Of a stretch of DNA of 39,581 bases, positions 1 through 8,940 are shown piece by piece. This DNA comes from a virus. Lineage: Duplodnaviria; Caudoviricetes. Position 1 is the stretch's first letter, and each line of letters opens with the position of its first letter. The stretch covers positions 1 through 39,581 of IMG/VR virus record IMGVR_UViG_3300017978_000178. The stretch is one strand, 5' to 3'. A program made the translations under genes and the position numbers. The notes below the pieces were generated by a model. That model did not search any database and had not been told where the DNA came from. It saw only the letters and a program-made list of their open reading frames with translations.

Positions 1-55
1 CTACGGGCGCTGCTCGTATCGCCTTGATGTTCCACAAAGACGCTTTCGTCTTGGC
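1..55 (+). repeat. Exact 55-nt repeat with 39024-39078 (likely assembly k-mer overlap or circularisation point)
   Basis: CTACGGGCGC...GTCTTGGC is identical at both positions; the sequences diverge at nt 56. Confidence 0.9.
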
Positions 56-188
56 TGAACAGATGGGTGTCCGTTCGCAGACGCAATATAAACAGGAATA
101 TTTGGCTACTCTCTATACGGCAGATATGTTGTATGGTGTCAAAGAGTTGCGCGATGAAGCCGCTGTTGCGATTGCGTTGGCAGCTTAA
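1..188 (+). CDS. 3' end of major capsid protein, allele A (partial, recoded relative to 39024-39211)
   Basis: Frame from nt 3 reads TGAARIALMFHKDAFVLAEQMGVRSQTQYKQEYLATLYTADMLYGVKELRDEAAVAIALAA*, identical to the C-terminus of 38294..39211 except for one residue. Confidence 0.95.
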   Translation, partial: TGAARIALMFHKDAFVLAEQMGVRSQTQYKQEYLATLYTADMLYGVKELRDEAAVAIALAA

Positions 189-198
189 TAGCTGACTA

Positions 199-229
199 GA
201 AAGAGGGGTCTTTATTGACCCTTCTTTTG
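199..229 (+). terminator. Rho-independent terminator after MCP (allele A)
   Basis: AAGAGGGGTC-tttatt-GACCCTTCTT stem followed by a T run. Confidence 0.7.
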
Positions 230-244
230 TAGTTGTGCTATAAT
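215..244 (+). promoter_or_regulatory. Sigma70-type promoter for the HNH gene, overlapping the terminator
   Basis: TTGACC-18 nt-TATAAT with extended -10 TG. Confidence 0.6.
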
Positions 245-273
245 AGAACTAGCTCCACTACAAAAGGAAAGAA

Positions 274-768
274 ATGAAAATATGTGTTACGTGTAAGCAA
301 GAAAAAGAAACTAGCTTATTCAATAACAATAAAAGTAAACCGGATGGAAAACACTCAGAATGTAAAAACTGTTCTACAAAAAGAGCTAAAGACTGGCGAT
401 TAAATAATAAAACAAAAATTAAAGACTATGATACTGAGTGGCGCGAAGCGAATAGAGACAAAAAAGCAAAACACTATAAAAAATGGCAACAGTTAAATAA
501 AGAAACTGTAAGAGGGCTGAACGCTAAAAGACGAGCATATGAACAGTCTGCTATTCCATTGTGGTTTGACAAAGAAAAAGTACAGTATTACTACAATATA
601 GCTGCTTACTTTACTGAGTTAAGTGGCGGGTTTGTTAAATACCATGTTGACCATGTTATTCCGCTAAAAGGAAAGAACGTATGTGGTCTTCATGTTCAAA
701 ACAACTTACAGGTCTTAAAAGCTGTAGATAACTTAAGAAAGTCCAACAAACATGAGTGTAACTTTTAA
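274..768 (+). CDS. Free-standing HNH homing endonuclease
   Basis: N-terminal CxxC...CxxC, C-terminal YHVDHVIPLKGKNVCGLHVQNNLQ...NLRKSNK; AT-rich and Lys-rich. Confidence 0.9.
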   Translation: MKICVTCKQEKETSLFNNNKSKPDGKHSECKNCSTKRAKDWRLNNKTKIKDYDTEWREANRDKKAKHYKKWQQLNKETVRGLNAKRRAYEQSAIPLWFDKEKVQYYYNIAAYFTELSGGFVKYHVDHVIPLKGKNVCGLHVQNNLQVLKAVDNLRKSNKHECNF

Positions 769-949
769 ATGCAATAAGACTGGCAATACGGTCACATTCA
801 AGTCTCAGTACGACATTGAATCCATGCGTCAGCACCCTGAGTACACTGAGGTGCAGAGCACCAATGAGTTGTTTCCTGAGAAAGAACAAGTGTTTCCAAC
901 AGAAGAACAAGTTAAACGTGTAGGTAGACCTAAGAAGGAGCTGGCATGA
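752..949 (+). CDS. Small conserved protein downstream of MCP (GRP AT-hook-like C-terminus)
   Basis: Homologous to 39311..39502 (TFKC..GNTVTF...MR.HPEY.EV...GRP.K). Confidence 0.75.
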   Translation: MSVTFKCNKTGNTVTFKSQYDIESMRQHPEYTEVQSTNELFPEKEQVFPTEEQVKRVGRPKKELA

Positions 950-1275
950 CTCGTCCTACGTCAGTAGCTAACATTCTAACCACGACAACCAAGACTACTG
1001 CTTACACGGTTCCTACTGGCTATTACGTTAAGTGGAACCTTTGCTACGCTGTGAACCATGCAGGTAACAACAAATACATTGATGTGTTGTGGTACGACAG
1101 TTCAGCAGATACTGAATACTATGTTCTTGACAACTACACGATTAGCCCCACTCAGTTCATTAAGTTTGACGGTGGTGCATATGTTGTCTTGGAGGAAGGT
1201 GATGAGATCAGGCTTCAAGCTGAGTCAGGCGCAACCTTTCACGTAATCAACACCTTTGAATTGATTAGGAAATAA
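946..1275 (+). CDS. Hypothetical virion-associated beta-rich protein
   Basis: RBS AAGGAG, ATGA overlap with the previous gene, position in the structural module. Confidence 0.6.
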   Translation: MTRPTSVANILTTTTKTTAYTVPTGYYVKWNLCYAVNHAGNNKYIDVLWYDSSADTEYYVLDNYTISPTQFIKFDGGAYVVLEEGDEIRLQAESGATFHVINTFELIRK

Positions 1276-1278
1276 ATT

Positions 1279-3303
1279 ATGACGATCTACCGTGGCCCCG
1301 GTGGTGGTGGTAACGCTACAACTGACGCTGAACTGACCCTTCTGACACAACTGGAGCAGTCTGCTTCTGCGTCTGCTGCTGCGGCTGATGCCTCTGCTGA
1401 CGCTGCTGCTTCTTCTGAGACTGCTGCTGCTGGTTCTGCCTCGGCTGCTGCTTCGTCGGCTTCTGTTGCTGCAACCAGTGCAACTAACGCAGCCAGCTCT
1501 GCTACTGCTGCGGCCTCCAGTGCTACAGCAGCCTCCAGTAGTGCCTCTGGTGCTTCCACCAGTGCTTCGAACGCTGCAAGCTCTGCTTCTGCTGCCTCGA
1601 CCAGTGCCACCAATGCAGCCTCTAGCGCCACCGCTGCTGCTTCTAGCGCAACTGCTGCGGCTGCTTCTGAGACTGCTGCGGCCTCCAGTGCTACTACAGC
1701 CTCAACTGCTGCTACGAACGCCTCTAACAGTGCTTCTAGCGCTTCTACGAGTGCTTCTAATGCTTCTTCTAGCGCCAGTGCTGCTGCAACGTCAGCTACT
1801 AACGCTTCTAACTCTGCTACGGCTGCTGCTACGTCGGCAACCAATGCATCTAACTCTGCCTCAGCAGCTTCTACGTCTGAGACTAACGCTGCTGCTTCCG
1901 AGACTGCTGCTGCCTTGAGTGAGACTAATGCAGCTACTTCGGAAACTAATGCTGCGTCTAGTGCTTCTGCTGCTAGCACCTCAGCTAGTAATGCTGCTAC
2001 AAGCGAAACCAATGCTGCTGGCAGTGCCAGTGCTGCGGCAGGATCAGCTACGTCTGCTTCTAACTCAGCTTCTAGTGCATCTACTTCGGCTACTAATGCT
2101 AGCAACTCTGCTGGAGCTGCTGCAACGAGCGCCTTTAATGCAGCTACGTCTGCGACTAACGCTGCTGCTTCGGCTGCTGCGGCTGCTGTTTTTGATCCTG
2201 CTTTGTATCTTGCAAAAGCGGATAACTTAAGTGGTTTAGCTAACACAGCTACAGCAAGAACTAATCTGGGTGTAGCTATAGGCACAGACGTTCAAGCGTA
2301 TAGTGCTGTCTTAACTGGTTATTCATCTACTGGTATTGGCTTCCGCAACCGCATCATCAACGGAGATATGCGGATTGACCAGAGGAACGCTGGGGCGAGT
2401 GTGACTTTGAATGGCAGTGAGTCCTATATCACTGACCGCTTTGCTTGTGGCGAGGTGACGGATGGCGCTTTTACGGCGCAACAGGTTGCAGATGCTCCCA
2501 CGGGTTTTGTGAACAGCCTCAAATGCACGATCACATCGGCTGATGCAAGTCTTGGCTCAACGCAAACGGCATACTGCTTTCAGTCCATTGAAGGATTAAA
2601 CGTATCTGACTTGGCTTGGGGCACGGCAAGTGCGTCTGCGATTACGCTGTCGTTTTGGGTTAAATCCAGCCTTACTGGAACTTTTGGCGGCGCTCTGAGG
2701 AACTCGGCTGCAAACCGCTCATATCCTTACAGCTACACGATCAGCTCTGCAAATACGTGGGAGCAAAAGACTGTCACCATTCCCGGCGACACTTCTGGAA
2801 CATGGCTAACAACCAACGGAGTTGGCATCAACCTTCAGTTCAGTTTGGGCGCGGGTTCAGATCGAACCGGCACTGCTGGCGCTTGGAACGCAAACAATAA
2901 TACCGGCGCAACAGGTCAGGTTCAAGTTATTTCCACACTCAGCGCCACATGGCAAATCACCGGAGTCCAACTCGAAGCTGGCTCAGTCGCCACTCCATTT
3001 GAGCGCAGACCTTATGGGACTGAGTTGGCGTTGTGTCAGCGGTATTTTCAAGCTACGTCAGGTTTGACTTACGCGTTTTATAGTGCCATAAACGCTTCAA
3101 TGTATATGCCGATGACTTTGCAAACTGAGATGCGAGCATCTCCAACAGCAACGATAGTTAGCACGGCAAGTATTGGAAGCGGGGGTACTGTTTCACTAGG
3201 GGCAACACCTAAAGCCGCAGTCTTTCAAGTTCTTCCCGGAAGTGCTAGTGGTGCAAGATACGGTTTTGATTCAGGCTCATTCACATTTTCTGCGGAGTTG
3301 TAA
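1279..3303 (+). CDS. Tail fibre: Ala/Ser/Thr heptad-like repeat stalk plus C-terminal receptor-binding module
   Basis: About 280 aa of ASxSAxxA repeats (lambda Stf-like), ARTNLG motif, and RNRIINGDMRIDQR...QLEAGSVATPFERRPYGTELALCQRY typical of phage fibre tips. Confidence 0.8.
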   Translation: MTIYRGPGGGGNATTDAELTLLTQLEQSASASAAAADASADAAASSETAAAGSASAAASSASVAATSATNAASSATAAASSATAASSSASGASTSASNAASSASAASTSATNAASSATAAASSATAAAASETAAASSATTASTAATNASNSASSASTSASNASSSASAAATSATNASNSATAAATSATNASNSASAASTSETNAAASETAAALSETNAATSETNAASSASAASTSASNAATSETNAAGSASAAAGSATSASNSASSASTSATNASNSAGAAATSAFNAATSATNAAASAAAAAVFDPALYLAKADNLSGLANTATARTNLGVAIGTDVQAYSAVLTGYSSTGIGFRNRIINGDMRIDQRNAGASVTLNGSESYITDRFACGEVTDGAFTAQQVADAPTGFVNSLKCTITSADASLGSTQTAYCFQSIEGLNVSDLAWGTASASAITLSFWVKSSLTGTFGGALRNSAANRSYPYSYTISSANTWEQKTVTIPGDTSGTWLTTNGVGINLQFSLGAGSDRTGTAGAWNANNNTGATGQVQVISTLSATWQITGVQLEAGSVATPFERRPYGTELALCQRYFQATSGLTYAFYSAINASMYMPMTLQTEMRASPTATIVSTASIGSGGTVSLGATPKAAVFQVLPGSASGARYGFDSGSFTFSAEL

Positions 3304-3461
3304 TGTATAAATTGATTGCCTTTGACAACGGAACCCTTCTTGTTCAGCGCCTCGCCGACAACGCCTTCATCCCCTTCGACCCCGCCAACACGGATTTTCA
3401 GGAATACCAACGCTGGCTGGATGCTGGAAACACACCTGAACCTGCTAATACACAGGAGTAA
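3303..3461 (+). CDS. Small tail-fibre-associated (chaperone-like) protein, absent from the ORF track
   Basis: MYKLIAFDNGTLLVQRLADNAFIPFDPANTDFQEYQRWLDAGNTPEPANTQE; IPxDPxNxDYxxY..W..GNTP motif; TAATG coupling. Confidence 0.75.
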   Translation: MYKLIAFDNGTLLVQRLADNAFIPFDPANTDFQEYQRWLDAGNTPEPANTQE

Positions 3462-3464
3462 TCA

Positions 3465-3695
3465 ATGCAAACAGAAGAAGTCACTCATAAAGAAATCTAT
3501 GAGCGCCTGATTGCAGTGGAGACTAAGGTAGACCGCATCGACACTAACACTGCTGATGTGGTCACTGCTTTTAAAGCTGCTCAAGGGGCTTTCATAGTCC
3601 TTGAGTGGCTTGCCAAGGCAGCTAAACCTCTTCTGTGGATTGGTGGCCTGATAACCTCTATCGTTGTGATGTGGGAACACATAAAGGTTAAATAA
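3465..3695 (+). CDS. Small membrane protein (coiled coil plus C-terminal TM; XhlA/holin-like)
   Basis: ERLIAVETKVD followed by a hydrophobic C-terminus; RBS AGGAG. Confidence 0.6.
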   Translation: MQTEEVTHKEIYERLIAVETKVDRIDTNTADVVTAFKAAQGAFIVLEWLAKAAKPLLWIGGLITSIVVMWEHIKVK

Positions 3696-3697
3696 CC

Positions 3698-4144
3698 ATG
3701 CTTGCAGAACTTGCTCTCGCCAATGCAGCCTTCTCGGTTATCAAGGAGGCTGTAAGTAATTCTGGTGATATAATGAACGCTGGACAGGCTCTGTTCCAGT
3801 ACTTTGACAACAAGGCGGTAATCCAAAAGAAAGCCAGTAGTAAAGGTGGCTCTGATAGAGGTGATCTTGAAGAGTTCATGGCGTTAGAGCAACTCAAGAA
3901 ACAAGAAGAAGAACTACGTGAAATGATGATCTACCAAGGCCGAGCAGGTCTGTGGACAGATTGGCTAAAGTTCCAGCTTGAGGCTAAGAAGAAGCGTGAA
4001 GAAGCAGAGCGTCAGAGGGTCTTAAAGAGACAGAGAATCATAGACAGGATTAAAGACATAGCCATGATTGGTCTTGTGGTTATCTTGTTGGGTGGTCTAG
4101 GTCTAATCATTGGTGGAGCCATTTGGTATTCAAGGAGCGTATGA
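3698..4144 (+). CDS. Hypothetical protein with coiled coil and C-terminal TM
   Basis: Charged helix followed by IAMIGLVVILLGGLGLIIGGAIW. Confidence 0.7.
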   Translation: MLAELALANAAFSVIKEAVSNSGDIMNAGQALFQYFDNKAVIQKKASSKGGSDRGDLEEFMALEQLKKQEEELREMMIYQGRAGLWTDWLKFQLEAKKKREEAERQRVLKRQRIIDRIKDIAMIGLVVILLGGLGLIIGGAIWYSRSV

Positions 4145-4320
4145 AACATACAATAATAATTCTAATAGGCTTGTTGGCCTTGGTGGGTTGTCAAGACAGG
4201 TATCGCTACCCGTGTCAAGACCCTGCCAACTTCTCCTCTCCTTCGTGTCAGCCTCCTGCTTGTGAAGCTGATGGAACCTGTACCAAATATCTATTGAAAG
4301 AACCTCAGAATGAAAACTGA
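4141..4320 (+). CDS. Small Cys-rich lipoprotein
   Basis: Signal MKHTIIILIGLLALVG-C lipobox, then QDRYRYPCQDP; RBS AAGGAG. Confidence 0.75.
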   Translation: MKHTIIILIGLLALVGCQDRYRYPCQDPANFSSPSCQPPACEADGTCTKYLLKEPQNEN

Positions 4321-4570
4321 TTATGATGCTCTGCTTCGCTTTATCATTGGTGTAACTCTATCTCTCACATTGGCTGGTATCGTTGGAGTAGTTTTGTTTA
4401 GCTTGGTCTTCGTGACCCAACCGATGACAGCTATGGCTCCCAACGATGAGGCTTTCTTCGCTCTGATTACCCCTCTGGCTACGTTTATCACAGGTTCCTT
4501 GGGTACTCTCTTGGCGATGAACAAGAAGCCTCCAGAGCAGTCTCCTCAAGACGAACCACCACAACAGTAA
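4310..4570 (+). CDS. Two-TM membrane protein
   Basis: Two hydrophobic helices; overlaps the lipoprotein gene. Confidence 0.7.
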   Translation: MKTDYDALLRFIIGVTLSLTLAGIVGVVLFSLVFVTQPMTAMAPNDEAFFALITPLATFITGSLGTLLAMNKKPPEQSPQDEPPQQ

Positions 4571-4587
4571 AGAAAGGATAAAACATC

Positions 4588-5247
4588 ATGGCATTGCCTA
4601 CCTATCTTGACCTAGTGAACGATGTGCTTGTGCGTATGCGTGAGCCTGAAGTTACAACGGTCAACGAGAACAACCTTTCTAAGCTGATTGGTAAGTTCAT
4701 CAATGACTCTAAGCGTCAAGTGGAGGATTCCTATCGCTGGAACGCTTTAACCAACACTCTGACTGCTACCACCGCTGCTGGTACATTCAACTATGCTTTG
4801 GTGGGCACTAACCACCGATTCCGGGTGATTGAGGTGTACGACAACACCAACAAGCGACACCTGAACAATATCCCATCCTATGAAATGACCAAGTACTTCT
4901 TGGGTGGGGATGCTCCTCAGACTGGTGCTCCTATGGTCTATAACTTCAACGGTGTGGACTCTAACGGGGATACTCAGGTTGATTTGTTCCCTATCCCTGA
5001 TGCTGCCTATCAGATTTTCTTTAACATCTACGATCCTCAGCCTGACCTCCGGTTGGATTCTGACCAGATTAAGGTTCCAGCGGAGCCTGTGATTCAACTG
5101 ACCTATGCCCGTTCCTTGGTGGAGCGAGGTGAAGATGGTGGTCTTCAGAGCGGTGAGGCTTACGCTTTGTTTAAACAAGTCCTCTCTGACTACATTGCTA
5201 TCGAGAGTTCTCGCTATGTAGAAGAGGATGCATGGGTGGTGGTCTAA
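4588..5247 (+). CDS. Tail adaptor / tail tubular protein A-like
   Basis: TYLDLVNDVLVRMRE N-terminus, size and position before the nozzle gene. Confidence 0.7.
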   Translation: MALPTYLDLVNDVLVRMREPEVTTVNENNLSKLIGKFINDSKRQVEDSYRWNALTNTLTATTAAGTFNYALVGTNHRFRVIEVYDNTNKRHLNNIPSYEMTKYFLGGDAPQTGAPMVYNFNGVDSNGDTQVDLFPIPDAAYQIFFNIYDPQPDLRLDSDQIKVPAEPVIQLTYARSLVERGEDGGLQSGEAYALFKQVLSDYIAIESSRYVEEDAWVVV

Positions 5248-6789
5248 ATGGCGAAAGCACTACAAACACAATCTATCTCTGCTCCGGGCTTTCTCGGATT
5301 GAACACACAGGACAGTTCACTGGATTTGGCTAGTGGTTTTGCTCTACTGGCTAAGAACTGTGTCATTGACAAGTATGGTCGTATTGGCGCACGTAAGGGT
5401 TGGACACCAGAACATGAAGAATCTGCTGAATTAGGAGAAAATTCTGTAAATTCTATGGGTGAGCTATTGACAGATGCTGGAATAAAGTATATAATAGTAG
5501 CTGGCAATCAAAAGCTGTTTAAACTAGATTCTGGTACTCTGACAGAACTGACCTATGGTGGTGGTGGAACTGCTCCAACCATCACAGCAAGTAACTGGCA
5601 GATTGTAGCTCTTAACGAGTGTATCTACCTCTTCCAGTCAGGCCATGATCCCTTGATCTTTGACCCTGCTATTAGCACAACTACTTACAGACGTATCTCA
5701 GAGAAGTCTGGATATGTAGGTACTGCTCAACAAGCAAACACTGTCCTAGCGGCTTATGGTCGTTTGTGGACTGCTGATAAGGTAGACAACAAGGTTACAG
5801 TCTGGTTCTCAGACATCCTTGCAGGTCACGTCTGGGACACAGGCACAGCAGGTTTCCTGAGCGTAGATCAAGTGTGGCAGAACGGGGCTGATAACATTGT
5901 AGCGATGGGCGCTCATAACGGCTTCCTCTACATCTTCGGTACTAACAACATTCTGGTTTATGCCAATGCTACCAGCCCTGCTGACCTGACTCTGGCAGAC
6001 AGTATCACAGGTATTGGTTGTATTGCAAGGGATTCGATTCAGAACATTGGTTCAGACATCATCTTCCTGAGCAGCACTGGTGTGCGGTCTGTCATGCGAA
6101 CCATTCAAGAGAAGTCAGCTCCTTTGCGTGACTTGTCTAAGAACGTGCGTGATGAGATGCTGTCTATTGTCAGTGGTGAGACTGCTGCTAACATCAAGAG
6201 TGTCTATAACCCGTTTGATGGCTTCTACCTCCTGACTTTCCCTTCAGTGAGCCAAGCCTACTGCTTTGACACCAAAGCTGCTTTGCCTGATGGTGCTGCC
6301 CGTGCTACGGTGTGGGAAGGACTTGGAGCTAAGAGCTTCTGCTACACCAGTGACCGCAGGATGCTGATGGGAATGACAGGTTATGTTGGTAAGTACTTCG
6401 GTTTCCAAGACAACGGACAGAAATACTTGTTCCAATACTACACCAACCACACAGACTTGGGGAACCAGAATATCACTTCTATCCCAAAGAAAGTGACAGT
6501 GTATGTGATTGGAGGTAACAACCAAGCAGTGATTGTCAAGTGGGGCTATGACTTTAGTGAGAACTACAAGTCACAGATTGCTACGATTAAAGCACAGGGT
6601 TTGTCTTTCTATAACGAAGACGTTTACACTGTGGCTGAATATGCTGAGGGTGTTCTTACTCAACCGCTGGTGATTTATCCTAACGGCTCAGGTAAGATTT
6701 ATCAGACAGGATATGAGGCAGACATCAATGGTGCTCCTTTGAGTATCCAGAAGATTGAGATTCAGGCCAAAGAAGGCAAACTAATTTAA
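5248..6789 (+). CDS. Tail nozzle / DNA stabilisation protein (tubular B / P22 gp10-like)
   Basis: 513 aa, beta-propeller-like, APGFLGLNTQD start, GCIARDSI motif. Confidence 0.7.
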   Translation: MAKALQTQSISAPGFLGLNTQDSSLDLASGFALLAKNCVIDKYGRIGARKGWTPEHEESAELGENSVNSMGELLTDAGIKYIIVAGNQKLFKLDSGTLTELTYGGGGTAPTITASNWQIVALNECIYLFQSGHDPLIFDPAISTTTYRRISEKSGYVGTAQQANTVLAAYGRLWTADKVDNKVTVWFSDILAGHVWDTGTAGFLSVDQVWQNGADNIVAMGAHNGFLYIFGTNNILVYANATSPADLTLADSITGIGCIARDSIQNIGSDIIFLSSTGVRSVMRTIQEKSAPLRDLSKNVRDEMLSIVSGETAANIKSVYNPFDGFYLLTFPSVSQAYCFDTKAALPDGAARATVWEGLGAKSFCYTSDRRMLMGMTGYVGKYFGFQDNGQKYLFQYYTNHTDLGNQNITSIPKKVTVYVIGGNNQAVIVKWGYDFSENYKSQIATIKAQGLSFYNEDVYTVAEYAEGVLTQPLVIYPNGSGKIYQTGYEADINGAPLSIQKIEIQAKEGKLI

Positions 6790-6801
6790 CAGGAGAGTAT
6801 A

Positions 6802-7551
6802 GTGGCTAATTACACGAAGAGCACTAACTTTGCAGTCAAGGATGGATTGCCTTCTGGCGACCCTCTAAAGGTTGTCAAAGGAACTGAAATTGATACTGAG
6901 TTTAACAACATTGCTACGGCGGTAACGTCTAAGGCTGACATCTCTGGCCCTACGTTCTTAGGTACACCTTTTGCACCTACAGCTTCAGCAGGGACTAACA
7001 CCAACCAGATTGCTACCACTGCTTTTGTCACCACGGCTGTAGCAGCCACTCAGTCTGCTGCTGCTATCACTGGCGGTTCGATTACAGGTATCACGGACTT
7101 GGCTATTGCTGATGGTGGTACAGGTGCTTCTACTGCTGCTAACGCTCGAACTAACCTTGGTACTAACGATGCAGCGAACATTACTACAGGTACTCTAGGA
7201 ACCGCCCGTCTTGGTTCAGGTACTGCCAGCAGCTCAACCTACCTGCGAGGAGATCAGACATGGCAGACGGTGGAAATGCTTGGTGTGTCTCAGACATGGC
7301 AGGATGTCACAGCTAGTCGAACATCAGGGACTACCTACACCAACAGCACAGGTAAGCCTATCATGGTGAACATTCTGGTATCTAACGGTGTCTACACAAC
7401 CACTACTCTGACCGTTGGAGGTGTTGTAGTCGGTAGGTGTTCTAACCCAACAACCAGTAGCGGAGCACAGGCAACCTTATCGGCTATTGTGCCTAATGGA
7501 GTAACTTATTCTTCATCCGGGTACATCGAATACTGGACTGAGCTTCGTTGA
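6802..7551 (+). CDS. Short tail fibre / needle-like protein
   Basis: TEIDTEFNNIATA, TNQIATTAFV, DGGTGASTAANARTNLG and QTWQDVTASR..TYTNSTGKPI fibre motifs. Confidence 0.7.
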   Translation: MANYTKSTNFAVKDGLPSGDPLKVVKGTEIDTEFNNIATAVTSKADISGPTFLGTPFAPTASAGTNTNQIATTAFVTTAVAATQSAAAITGGSITGITDLAIADGGTGASTAANARTNLGTNDAANITTGTLGTARLGSGTASSSTYLRGDQTWQTVEMLGVSQTWQDVTASRTSGTTYTNSTGKPIMVNILVSNGVYTTTTLTVGGVVVGRCSNPTTSSGAQATLSAIVPNGVTYSSSGYIEYWTELR

Positions 7552-7922
7552 GTATGACACAGACAATCAAACAAGCTGCTCAAGAGATGGCAGGAACTTT
7601 TGAGGTTGATCTAGGCATTGTCCATCACTTCTCCAGTGGGGTATATGCCAAACAAATGACGCTACCTGCTGGATACACAGCCTTGAGTCATTCTCATAAC
7701 TTTGACCATATGAGTATCCTTGCCTCTGGTAAGGTTCTGGTCAAGACAGATGACAGTGAGGTTGTGGAATACACAGCACCGACAGTGGTAACGATTAAAG
7801 CTGGTATCAACCATGCTATCTACGCTGTTGAAGATTCTTCTTGGTTCTGTGTCCATGCGACTGAAGAGACTGATGAAGATCACATTGATGAAGTATTAAT
7901 TCACATGAAAGAAGAGGTTTAA
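7548..7922 (+). CDS. Cupin-fold protein
   Basis: HHFSSGVYAKQM..PAG...HSHNFDH...GKV...AGINH His-metal cupin pattern. Confidence 0.7.
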   Translation: MSMTQTIKQAAQEMAGTFEVDLGIVHHFSSGVYAKQMTLPAGYTALSHSHNFDHMSILASGKVLVKTDDSEVVEYTAPTVVTIKAGINHAIYAVEDSSWFCVHATEETDEDHIDEVLIHMKEEV

Positions 7923-7923
7923 G

Positions 7924-8937
7924 ATGCCTATTACAGCAGCACTCATTGGTGGGGGAGCCTCCCTCCTTGGTGGCGTACTATCGGGACGATCCGCTGAGAA
8001 AGCAGCTAATTCTCAAGCAGCAGCTCAAATGGAAGCAGCACGGATTGCAGCAGAGGAATCTCGATTCCGTCCTGTAGCTATCACCACTGGTTTTGGTAAG
8101 TCTCGCTTTGAGACTGATGCGGATGGTCGATTGACAGGCGCTGGCTATGAGCTGACACCTGAGATGCAAGCCTTGCGTGACCGTATCCTCGCTCAGACAG
8201 GGCAAGGCATGGGCCTCACGGAGCAAGGTCTTCAAGCAGCTCAAGGGTTGTTTGGTCTTGGTCAACAATACATGGCTCAGACACCTGAGCAAGCAGCACA
8301 GCAGTGGATGGCTTCTCAACAGGCTGCACTGGCTCCGGGTCGTGAACAGGCCATGAGTGGTTTGATGAACCGATTGGCACAGACTGGTACTCAGGGTCTA
8401 GGTGTCGCTCAAGCTGGTGGTGGTCAGGCTAACCCTCTGGCTCAAGCCTTTGCTAACGCTGTGGCACAACAAGACCTTGAATTGGCTGCTCGCGCTCAGG
8501 AACAAGGACGCGCTCAGACTCAGTTTGGTACAGGTCTATTCAAGGATGCCTTCGGTATTGCTTCTGGCGGCTACGCTCCTCTCAACACTCAGCTCCAACA
8601 AGCTCAAGGTATTGAGACATTGGGCCAACAGCCTCTTGAGATTGGTGCTAACCTTGGTGGTCGTGCGGTGAACACTGCTGGCGCTCAAGCATTGTTCCAA
8701 GGTGGTAACGCTGCTGCTCAGACTCTCGGGAGAGTACAAGGCTATAACCCTCTGGGTGAGAGTTTGATGCTTGCAGGTCAAAACAAAGCATTGACACAAG
8801 GACTAGCTAACTATATTAACCAACCTCAAACACAGTACGGTAACTACGGTAGTGGGTATAACTCACAACAAGCACAGCAAGACTATAACCGAGGATTGAT
8901 GAGTGGTCAGTATACCGCTGGCGGTTTTGGAGAATAA
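7924..8937 (+). CDS. Internal virion (ejection) protein
   Basis: Gly/Ala-rich N-terminal hydrophobic segment, Gln-rich body, position. Confidence 0.6.
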   Translation: MPITAALIGGGASLLGGVLSGRSAEKAANSQAAAQMEAARIAAEESRFRPVAITTGFGKSRFETDADGRLTGAGYELTPEMQALRDRILAQTGQGMGLTEQGLQAAQGLFGLGQQYMAQTPEQAAQQWMASQQAALAPGREQAMSGLMNRLAQTGTQGLGVAQAGGGQANPLAQAFANAVAQQDLELAARAQEQGRAQTQFGTGLFKDAFGIASGGYAPLNTQLQQAQGIETLGQQPLEIGANLGGRAVNTAGAQALFQGGNAAAQTLGRVQGYNPLGESLMLAGQNKALTQGLANYINQPQTQYGNYGSGYNSQQAQQDYNRGLMSGQYTAGGFGE

Positions 8938-8940
8938 ACA

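Noticed and set aside
1-55. 55-nt repeat as a biological terminal repeat or att site
   Set aside because: It lies inside the MCP gene, equals a common assembler k-mer length, and no integrase is present
1287-2285. 332-aa antisense ORF and the Leu-rich alternative-frame ORFs 1388..2230
   Set aside because: Shadows of the GCT/TCT-rich repeat stalk of the tail fibre; no RBS or independent signal
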